A stretch of DNA of 25,709 bases from a virus (Duplodnaviria; Caudoviricetes): positions 1 to 25,709 of IMG/VR virus record IMGVR_UViG_3300037350_000015, one strand, 5' to 3'. The notes under the pieces are model-generated. The model had not been told where the DNA came from. It was given only the letters and a program-made list of their open reading frames with translations, and searched no databases. The translations under genes were made by a program, and so were the position numbers. Shown here piece after piece: positions 16,586 through 22,998 of this stretch (the first letter of the stretch is position 1; every line of letters begins with the position of its first letter).

Positions 16586-16638
16586 GTCGACGCCCCGTTA
16601 ACCTTAACCGGAGCGTGTCAGAAATTAACTGCGCCCTG

Positions 16639-16670
16639 TTAACGGCTTGTTAAGGAATGGGTGCGATGAT
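16639..16670 (+). promoter_or_regulatory. array promoter P13 (perfect TTAA-N7-TTAA)
   Basis: TTAA-CGGCTTG-TTAA-GGAATGGGTGC-GATGAT. Confidence 0.85.
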
Positions 16671-16695
16671 CCGGGCTCAAACCCTGGAGTCACCT

Positions 16696-17409
16696 ATGTC
16701 TGACACCCTCGAATTGATCACCCCGCGCGAGGCCTATGAGATCGCCTCGCAATGGGGAAGCTACATGCGCAACGGCGACCCCGGCGCGGTGTTCTACAGC
16801 TTCGCCACAAACGACGCGACGCCGGACGGCCCGCAACATCGGGCGCTGTTGATCGCCTATACGCTCGATTGCCTGAAGGGCGCCAAGGGGCAGGACAAGC
16901 GCGACCTGCAAGCGCTCCTGAAGTTCTTTCAGGATATGCCCGACTCGGGCGCCGAGTATCGCGAGACCTACCACGCCGAATCGGCCCGCTTGATCGGCGC
17001 GGCGGACAAGTTCACGCGGGCTTATCTGACCGCCGCCATGTTCACCGGAGTCGAGTTTCCGGACGGTCACCCGGACAAGGACTCCGACAAGGAATATGAC
17101 CTCCCCGCCGATCAAATCGAGCCCGACTCGCTGCGCTCGATGATCGCCGACGCGGTCAAGTTTCAGGCGGACAACGCCGACCTACTGGCGGAGGCTTACG
17201 CCCGCGACGGGTACGGTAACGCCGAATGGTCGGGCGAAGAGCAAGCGGGTCACGATTTTTGGCTGACCCGCAACGGCCACGGCGCCGGCTTTTGGGATCG
17301 CTCCGCCCTGGACGCGGACGGCTTGGGCGACAAGCTGAGCGACGCCGCGAAGGCCTTCGGCGAGTGCGACCTGTACCGGGGCGACGCGGGCGGCATTCAC
17401 GCCAGCTAG
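16696..17409 (+). CDS. phage hypothetical protein, 237 aa, with AGHDFWLTRNGHGAGFWDR motif
   Basis: GGAG RBS before ATG 16696; the motif is recalled from other phage hypothetical proteins, function unknown. Confidence 0.85.
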   Translation: MSDTLELITPREAYEIASQWGSYMRNGDPGAVFYSFATNDATPDGPQHRALLIAYTLDCLKGAKGQDKRDLQALLKFFQDMPDSGAEYRETYHAESARLIGAADKFTRAYLTAAMFTGVEFPDGHPDKDSDKEYDLPADQIEPDSLRSMIADAVKFQADNADLLAEAYARDGYGNAEWSGEEQAGHDFWLTRNGHGAGFWDRSALDADGLGDKLSDAAKAFGECDLYRGDAGGIHAS

Positions 17410-17412
17410 TCC

Positions 17413-17453
17413 GTAACCGTTCGTTAAGACCTCGCCGCTACGGTGGCGAGGTC
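17413..17453 (+). promoter_or_regulatory. array promoter P14, hairpin variant
   Basis: GTAA-CCGTTCG-TTAA-GACCTCGCCGC-TACGGT-GGCGAGGTC; 32 bp identical to P12. Confidence 0.75.
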
Positions 17454-17473
17454 AACCCCTGGAAAGGACTCAG

Positions 17474-17782
17474 ATGATCCGTTCGCAATCCCAACGCCTC
17501 GCGACCGCCCGCACGGTTTCGCTCTTGCTCGGCGCCTGCGCCGCCGTGTTCGCCGCGACCGCCGCCGGTGAAGCCGTGATCATCGCCGGCCAAGCGCAAA
17601 CCGCCAAGGCGGAACGCGTGCAACTGGCGACCGCCGACGCTCGCACCGCCTTCGCCCATTGCGGCGCCTATGACGTGCTAGTGATCGGCCATGATGCGTT
17701 CAGCGCCGACGACGCCCGCAAGGCCGCGTTCAGCTACTTCGATGATCATTGCGACGTAGGGACGGGCCGCCCCAAGGCCTGA
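17474..17782 (+). CDS. putative exported or membrane-anchored protein, 102 aa
   Basis: AAGGA RBS; N-terminal basic then hydrophobic segment (VSLLLGACAAVFAATAAG). Confidence 0.75.
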   Translation: MIRSQSQRLATARTVSLLLGACAAVFAATAAGEAVIIAGQAQTAKAERVQLATADARTAFAHCGAYDVLVIGHDAFSADDARKAAFSYFDDHCDVGTGRPKA

Positions 17783-17787
17783 GACCT

Positions 17788-17816
17788 CGCCCGCCGGCTC
17801 GCGCCGGCGGGCGTTC
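17788..17816 (+). terminator. GC hairpin, putative terminator
   Basis: CGCCCGCCGGC-TCGC-GCCGGCGGGCG-TTC. Confidence 0.6.
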
Positions 17817-17911
17817 GCTGACCCATTCGGGTTAACCTTAACGGCTGATTCAGGTTAATGGAATCGCCGATCGCGTTAACCACGAATCGCACGCCTGGAG
17901 GGTCGCCGGCG

Positions 17912-17943
17912 TTTACCTCTTGTTAAGGAATGGCTGCTAGATT
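17912..17943 (+). promoter_or_regulatory. array promoter P15
   Basis: TTTA-CCTCTTG-TTAA-GGAATGGCTGC-TAGATT. Confidence 0.8.
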
Positions 17944-17979
17944 AGCGTCATGGCGCATCCCGCGCTTGGAGCTTTCCCC

Positions 17980-18651
17980 GTGTCCTACACCCCGTTTTCC
18001 GAAACCGACGACGAAACCGGAATCACGCTGAAAATCGAGTCCGACGACGACGGCGGGACCGAGTCGCCGCTGGAGCATGACTCCGCCGTGATCATGGGCG
18101 TTCTGCACAACCGATATCAGAACCCCGCCCGCAAGCATGACCTTCACACGCAAGCGGACCTCGAACGGTTCGAGCGTGAGAACTGCGCCGGCAAGTCCGC
18201 CCCTTGGGTGGCGTTCCCGCTTTTCATGATCGATCATAGCGGGACGGCTTACCGCGTGAGCGATCCGGCGCCCAAGGGTGAACGCCCGGTCAATCCGTTC
18301 GCCTGCCCGTGGGATTCCGGCCGCGTCGGAACGCTCTTCGTGAAGCTCTCCGAAATCGCCAAGCGCAACACCCCGCGAGCCGAAAAGCTCGCCCAAGCGC
18401 GCAAGTCCGCCGATATCACTTGCGAGGTCTATACCGCGTGGGCGAACGGCGAGGTTTATGGCTTCGTGATCGAAGACGCCGAAGGCGAACACCTGGACTC
18501 GTGCTGGGGGTTCATCGGCGCCCCGGATGACGAATACCTCATGAGCACGGCGCGCGAACAATTCGACTACTACAAGGCGAAGGCCCGCAAGGCGCTCGCC
18601 GAGTCGACGGCGGAGGAACTGACCGACTCCCGCCCGGACCTGTACGCGTGA
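17980..18651 (+). CDS. hypothetical protein, ~223 aa (DHSG, WDSGRVG, GEVYGF, DSCWGF motifs); alternative leaderless start at 17950
   Basis: ORF 17950..18651; GGAG before GTG 17980. Confidence 0.85.
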   Translation: MSYTPFSETDDETGITLKIESDDDGGTESPLEHDSAVIMGVLHNRYQNPARKHDLHTQADLERFERENCAGKSAPWVAFPLFMIDHSGTAYRVSDPAPKGERPVNPFACPWDSGRVGTLFVKLSEIAKRNTPRAEKLAQARKSADITCEVYTAWANGEVYGFVIEDAEGEHLDSCWGFIGAPDDEYLMSTAREQFDYYKAKARKALAESTAEELTDSRPDLYA

Positions 18652-19037
18652 GCGCCCTGCTAGCCGCCCTGAACGTCGCCGCCGCGAAACACGCGGCGGT
18701 GACTTCAGCCGCCGCGCGTCTGGTAGGGGAGCGCGCCCAAGCCTACGCCAAGGCCGAAACGCTGGCCTACAGCCGGGCGCACCCGCGCCGCACCGTGACG
18801 CTTTGCAGCGCCATGGGCTCGACCACGCTACACGTTACGCGCGGCGGCTGGCGGGCGGATCATCCCGCGTTCTGCGACTATCAGCTAACCGCCAGCGGCC
18901 ACAGCGACCACGCGGCGCCGGCATTCCTCGAAGAGTTGGCGCGCATCGAGGACGAAACCGACCTGAGCTATGTTGCGGGTCCGATTCGCCTGACGTGCAA
19001 GGCGGGCGAAATAGTCGAAGAAAAATTCGACTGGTAA
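18648..19037 (+). CDS. hypothetical protein, 129 aa
   Basis: GTGA overlap; TAA stop inside P16. Confidence 0.8.
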   Translation: MSALLAALNVAAAKHAAVTSAAARLVGERAQAYAKAETLAYSRAHPRRTVTLCSAMGSTTLHVTRGGWRADHPAFCDYQLTASGHSDHAAPAFLEELARIEDETDLSYVAGPIRLTCKAGEIVEEKFDW

Positions 19038-19065
19038 CCTCTTGTTAAGGAATGGCCCTTATTGT
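19034..19065 (+). promoter_or_regulatory. array promoter P16
   Basis: GTAA-CCTCTTG-TTAA-GGAATGGCCCT-TATTGT. Confidence 0.8.
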
Positions 19066-19091
19066 GGTCATATCGAAACGGAGCTACCGCC

Positions 19092-19259
19092 ATGCAAACC
19101 CAAGTCGCCCACGCCGTCACCTTCCAGCCCATGACCCTCGTGCGCAAGGTCTCCGGTGGCGAAGTCGCCGCCCAGGTCCGCGAAAATGGCCGCACGGTGT
19201 TCTGGATGAACGGTCACCGCATCGACCGCGCGACCGCCGCCCGCAAAGCCGGCCTCTAG
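19092..19259 (+). CDS. small basic protein, 55 aa (paralog of 22203..22367)
   Basis: GGAG RBS; VSGGE...RIDRATAARKAG. Confidence 0.8.
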   Translation: MQTQVAHAVTFQPMTLVRKVSGGEVAAQVRENGRTVFWMNGHRIDRATAARKAGL

Positions 19260-19273
19260 GTCGAAAGGAAGAG

Positions 19274-19299
19274 CCCCGGAGCGATCCGGGGTTTTTCTT
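19274..19299 (+). terminator. intrinsic terminator
   Basis: CCCCGGA-GCGA-TCCGGGG-TTTTTCTT. Confidence 0.85.
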
Positions 19300-19392
19300 C
19301 GCCGTTAGGGTCGCGTTAACCTTAACGCCAAGCTCTGATTCGTTAAGGTTAACAAAAGCCCCAAATCCGTTAACCACGAAATCTTTCAGGCG

Positions 19393-19424
19393 TTTACCTC
19401 TTGTTAAGGAATGGCTCTTAGACT
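19393..19424 (+). promoter_or_regulatory. array promoter P17
   Basis: TTTA-CCTCTTG-TTAA-GGAATGGCTCT-TAGACT; boxes at 19316, 19343 and 19370. Confidence 0.8.
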
Positions 19425-19466
19425 GCTGTTGTGGGCGGATCACCTGCCCCAACCCTGGAGTCGATC

Positions 19467-19673
19467 ATGTCCCGTTCGTTTAACGACCTGCGCCGCAACT
19501 CCGACGCCTTCGCCGAAACCCGGCGCGCGCTGGCCGACCGCAAGGCCGCCCGCGAGGACCGCCGCCGCGAGTTCGCCGAAATGGGGTTCGAGGCTGAAGC
19601 CGACGCGCTCGCCGCGCTCCCGATCTTCGGCGAAGCGCGCCGCGAAGCCGCCCGCCGCATCCTGAGGGGCTAG
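19467..19673 (+). CDS. hypothetical helical protein, 68 aa
   Basis: GGAG RBS before ATG 19467. Confidence 0.8.
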   Translation: MSRSFNDLRRNSDAFAETRRALADRKAAREDRRREFAEMGFEAEADALAALPIFGEARREAARRILRG

Positions 19674-19676
19674 ACC

Positions 19677-19922
19677 ATGACCGCGCCCACGCCCGGCACC
19701 GAAGCCCGAATCAACGCCTTCTATGACAAGCACGGCAACGCGTGGGGGATCATCGAGGAGTCCGGCATGGTGCGCGAGCGCCATACTGGCGCCCTCTTCG
19801 AGACCTTCACGGCCGCCCATGACTACAAGGTCAAGCACTACGACGCCGACGAGGTGGAATCCCTCAACGTGGCGCTTGCCCGGTGGGATCGCGAGGGCGA
19901 ATTCTGGACCTACGATTTTTAA
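19677..19922 (+). CDS. hypothetical protein, 81 aa
   Basis: GAGG RBS; 3 nt after the upstream stop. Confidence 0.8.
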   Translation: MTAPTPGTEARINAFYDKHGNAWGIIEESGMVRERHTGALFETFTAAHDYKVKHYDADEVESLNVALARWDREGEFWTYDF

Positions 19923-19940
19923 TCGCTAGGCCCGGTTCTG

Positions 19941-19972
19941 GTAACCTCTTGTTAAGGAATGGCCCCTATAGT
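19941..19972 (+). promoter_or_regulatory. array promoter P18
   Basis: GTAA-CCTCTTG-TTAA-GGAATGGCCCC-TATAGT. Confidence 0.8.
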
Positions 19973-19999
19973 GGTGTCATCAAATCAGGAGCTACCCCG

Positions 20000-20176
20000 A
20001 TGCAACGCCTTCCGATCTTCGCCGAGACCCGCTTCGCCCAAGTCGAAATCCGCACTCTGACCGCCGGCATGATCGCCGCCAGCGCCACCGTGTACGCCGC
20101 CGACGCCGAAGCCGCCAAGGCCGCCGCCGCCCGCGCGGCTCTGCCGGGCTCGCGCATCGAGGTCCGCGCGGTCTGA
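20000..20176 (+). CDS. hypothetical protein, 58 aa
   Basis: AGGAG RBS before ATG 20000. Confidence 0.75.
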   Translation: MQRLPIFAETRFAQVEIRTLTAGMIAASATVYAADAEAAKAAAARAALPGSRIEVRAV

Positions 20177-20212
20177 AAGAAAAACGCCGGCGCCGCAAGA
20201 AAAGCGGCGCCG

Positions 20213-20244
20213 GTAACCTCTTGTTAAGGAATGGCCGCTAAGGT
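20213..20244 (+). promoter_or_regulatory. array promoter P19
   Basis: GTAA-CCTCTTG-TTAA-GGAATGGCCGC-TAAGGT, directly after hairpin CCGGCGCCGC-AAGAAAA-GCGGCGCCGG. Confidence 0.8.
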
Positions 20245-20270
20245 GGTCACATCGAAACGGAGCTACCCCG

Positions 20271-20645
20271 ATGACCGAACATCAAAAAGCCCGCCGCGCT
20301 CGCAAGTCCGCCGCCTTCTTCGCCAAGCTCGCCCTGCGCGCTGGCGAGGCCGGCGACAAGGCCGAAGCGCAACGCCTGCTCGCCGCCGCCCAGGCCAAGC
20401 AAGTCCTGCGCGACGTGCTGACCCGCCCGCACTCTTCGCCGAACTTCCATCATGACCTGATGGCGGCGCTTGACGCGGCGACCTACCACGGCGCCCGCCT
20501 GACCCCGGCTCACAGCGCCGTGCGCCGCGCCCTTCGCGAGGCGAACATGCGGGGCGGGGCGTTCGGCTCTGCCCAGGAACTGGCCGACGCGGTTGCGAAG
20601 TTCTCGCCGGTCCGCCGCGCGGAAATCCTCGCCCTCGCCGCCTGA
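20271..20645 (+). CDS. Ala/Arg-rich hypothetical protein, 124 aa
   Basis: GGAG RBS. Confidence 0.8.
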   Translation: MTEHQKARRARKSAAFFAKLALRAGEAGDKAEAQRLLAAAQAKQVLRDVLTRPHSSPNFHHDLMAALDAATYHGARLTPAHSAVRRALREANMRGGAFGSAQELADAVAKFSPVRRAEILALAA

Positions 20646-20653
20646 GGCGAACG

Positions 20654-20683
20654 AAGCGCCGGGCTCCCCGCCCGGCGCTTTTT
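20654..20683 (+). terminator. intrinsic terminator
   Basis: AAGCGCCGGG-CTCCCCG-CCCGGCGCTT-TTT. Confidence 0.8.
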
Positions 20684-20764
20684 CGTCGCCGTTCGCGTTT
20701 CGTTAACCTTAACGCGGCCTGAAGAAATATGGTTAACGGGCCTTAGGAATTTTCCAGTCAGGCG

Positions 20765-20796
20765 TTTACGGCTTGTTAAGGAATTGCCGCTAGAGT
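20765..20796 (+). promoter_or_regulatory. array promoter P20
   Basis: TTTA-CGGCTTG-TTAA-GGAATTGCCGC-TAGAGT. Confidence 0.8.
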
Positions 20797-20823
20797 GGTC
20801 ATATCAAAACAGGAGCTACCCCC

Positions 20824-21153
20824 ATGAGTGACCTTCCCGCCTGCGACCTCGAAGTGATCGGCGCCTTTGTCGATGACGCCTTGGCGCTGGGCCACAAGCT
20901 GAGCGTGAGCGACGGCGAAGAATACACCGTCAAGCGCTCCACCGACCGCGCCGAGATCATGGGCGCGCTGGGCACGACCGACGCCGACTCCATCGTGATC
21001 CGCGATCAAGCCGGCGAGCGCATCGGCTGGGTTTCGCTGGTCTACGGCAATGAGCCCGGAGTCGTCGTTTCCGACCACACCGACACGCCCGCCATGAACG
21101 CGATCATGGCCCGCGCGAGCGAGATCGGCGACCGCATTTACAACGCCAGCTAG
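20824..21153 (+). CDS. phage hypothetical protein, 109 aa (SVSDGEE...LVYGN...SDHT)
   Basis: AGGAG RBS; followed by hairpin GGGGCGGGC-TTCGCG-GCCCGCCCC at ~21162-21185. Confidence 0.85.
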   Translation: MSDLPACDLEVIGAFVDDALALGHKLSVSDGEEYTVKRSTDRAEIMGALGTTDADSIVIRDQAGERIGWVSLVYGNEPGVVVSDHTDTPAMNAIMARASEIGDRIYNAS

Positions 21154-21272
21154 ACCGCGTTGGGGCGGGCTTCGCGGCCCGCCCCGATCGCGGTTAATTT
21201 TTGAGGCCTTTCCATTAACCTTAACGCCGCATTAAGGTTAACGCCCGGTAAACGCCGATCGGGCGGATTCCG

Positions 21273-21304
21273 TTTACGCTTTGTTAAGGAATGGGTGCGA
21301 TCCT
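21273..21304 (+). promoter_or_regulatory. array promoter P21
   Basis: TTTA-CGCTTTG-TTAA-GGAATGGGTGC-GATCCT; TTAACCTTAA-N7-TTAAGGTTAA at 21215-21241. Confidence 0.8.
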
Positions 21305-21328
21305 GCGGCATCGATAACGGAGGGCATC

Positions 21329-21928
21329 ATGTCCCAACTCGCTCTAAACAAGGTCTTCGATCCGTCCGCGCGCACCAAGACGGAAGCCTTGCTTTTCGTC
21401 ATGGATCACAGCCGCGCCGGCGCCGTGGTGCAACTGGCGATCATGGAAGGCCTGAATCGGACCTATCAGCCCGAGCCCAAGCACCGCCCCGGCGAAACCA
21501 ACCTGGACCTGCTGAGCCGCCTGCTGACGGCCGACCGCCTGCTAGGCCGCACCATGGCCATGGACGCGGTACGCGCCTACTGCGGCGCCGCCGTCAAGAT
21601 GGGCAAGGCGGCTGTCCTGCGCCAGTTCGAAGCCGTCCCCATGATCAACGGCGGGGCGTGGTTCACGGCCTGCGAAGACGTGATCATCGCCCTGGACGCG
21701 GCCATGGACGATATCGACCCGAACACCGAGTCCACCGTGCAGCCGTGGGAAGAGGCTGAGCTTAGCCTTGTCCTGCGCGACGGTGCGGGCCGTGTGTGCG
21801 AGCGCCTGGAAGGCCCGGCCTCTGAGATGATCAAGCGCGCTGCGCAGTTCATGACCGTGCAGGGCACTGACCCGGACGAGGACGGCGCGGGCGCGCAAGC
21901 GGGTCGCATCGACTTCGCGCCGATCTAG
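21329..21928 (+). CDS. hypothetical protein, 199 aa
   Basis: GGAGGG RBS before ATG 21329. Confidence 0.85.
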   Translation: MSQLALNKVFDPSARTKTEALLFVMDHSRAGAVVQLAIMEGLNRTYQPEPKHRPGETNLDLLSRLLTADRLLGRTMAMDAVRAYCGAAVKMGKAAVLRQFEAVPMINGGAWFTACEDVIIALDAAMDDIDPNTESTVQPWEEAELSLVLRDGAGRVCERLEGPASEMIKRAAQFMTVQGTDPDEDGAGAQAGRIDFAPI

Positions 21929-21959
21929 TAACCTGCTGTTAACGGGTGCGGAGTATGGT
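21928..21959 (+). promoter_or_regulatory. array promoter P22 (divergent spacer, same geometry)
   Basis: GTAA-CCTGCTG-TTAA-CGGGTGCGGAG-TATGGT. Confidence 0.65.
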
Positions 21960-21965
21960 CGGGGC

Positions 21966-22136
21966 ATGAACAGCTTGCCCGCCACCATTGAACTCCGCAC
22001 CCTGACCGCTGACGGCGCGGTGCGCGTGTCCACCCAGGTCCGCACCAAGGGTTTTCGCGCCGCGTGGAATGAAGCCGTGCTCAAGGCCCGCCGTGGCGAG
22101 CGCGTGCTGGCCGTTGTGAAAGAACTCTACATCTAG
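21966..22136 (+). CDS. hypothetical protein, 56 aa, probably leaderless
   Basis: MNSLPATIELRTLTADGAVRV...KELYI*; ATG 6 nt after the P22 -10 element. Not in the ORF track. Confidence 0.65.
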   Translation: MNSLPATIELRTLTADGAVRVSTQVRTKGFRAAWNEAVLKARRGERVLAVVKELYI

Positions 22137-22144
22137 GCGTGCTG

Positions 22145-22176
22145 GTAACGGCTTGTTAAGGAATGGCCGCTATGGT
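22145..22176 (+). promoter_or_regulatory. array promoter P23
   Basis: GTAA-CGGCTTG-TTAA-GGAATGGCCGC-TATGGT. Confidence 0.8.
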
Positions 22177-22202
22177 GGTCACATCGAACAGGAGCTAACG
22201 CC

Positions 22203-22367
22203 ATGACCCGCACCGCTCAAGCCACCGCCCCGCACCTCACCGTCACCCATTACCGCGTGTCGGGTGGCGAACTCACCTGCACCCAGCGCCCCGGCTTCGC
22301 CCCCGTGTGGCGTCTGTGCGGCGCGCGGATCAGCGCCACCAACGCGGCCCGCAAGCTGGGCCGCTGA
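22203..22367 (+). CDS. small basic protein, 54 aa (paralog of 19092..19259)
   Basis: AGGAG RBS; MTRTAQ...RVSGGEL...RISATNAARKLGR*. Not in the ORF track. Confidence 0.8.
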   Translation: MTRTAQATAPHLTVTHYRVSGGELTCTQRPGFAPVWRLCGARISATNAARKLGR

Positions 22368-22416
22368 GCCCTAGGGGCGCGCCCGCGTGGCGCGCCCCGC
22401 CAGCCTGGAGCTATCC

Positions 22417-22650
22417 ATGTCCTACGATCTGTTGATCTTCCATGACCTGATGAAAGAGCCAGAGACTCGGGTCGCCACATGCTCGCCGCGCGCGGCCAAA
22501 GCCCGCGCCATGCGCCTCGCCGTTAAGCTCGGCGTGTGCGTTGACGTGTTCGTCACGGGCGGCGCGCATGACGTGGCCGCGAACTACCTCGGCACGGCGA
22601 CGCCTTACAGCATGCTGCCGGGTGACGCCTACTGGCGGCGCGAGGTCTAA
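22417..22650 (+). CDS. hypothetical protein, 77 aa
   Basis: GGAG RBS before ATG 22417; followed by a GCCCCCGGCCT...AGGCCGGGGGC hairpin at 22655-22699. Confidence 0.75.
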   Translation: MSYDLLIFHDLMKEPETRVATCSPRAAKARAMRLAVKLGVCVDVFVTGGAHDVAANYLGTATPYSMLPGDAYWRREV

Positions 22651-22998
22651 AGGCGCCCCCGGCCTGTCGCACAGTCACACGCGATTATAGGCCGGGGGCA
22701 TGGCCTTAAGCATTCTTTTCTAGGGACTGTCAGGGCACGCGAGGGGTCGTGTTTCGTTTTGGGACACCAGGGACCCAAGGCCTACCCCCGGTTGTGTTTT
22801 TCTCGCCGGGGCGCCTAGCGTAAGGATATTGATTTGAGATTCGGGCTTGCCCAGGTGGGGGAGGGCAGGGGTGCGTTTTTTATTTGACCCCTAGGGGACC
22901 CGAGGCCGCCGGCCCAAACGAAAACACCAAAAAGGCCCCTTCGGAAGGAAATTTCCTATAGAATCCAGTCTACCCTCGGGCCGATTTCTTGACAGAGC

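Noticed and set aside
7261-21328. ORF-track starts inside the promoter (e.g. 7261, 8323, 9725, 14530, 16657, 21281)
   Set aside because: These use the ATG/TTG within TTGTTAAGGAATGG, upstream of the predicted transcription start. Downstream RBS-led starts were used instead.
6363-22176. True integron (attC) cassette array
   Set aside because: No integrase in the window. The repeats read GTTAAGG rather than GTTRRRY and lack the attC R''-L''-L'-R' hairpin. They behave as promoters.
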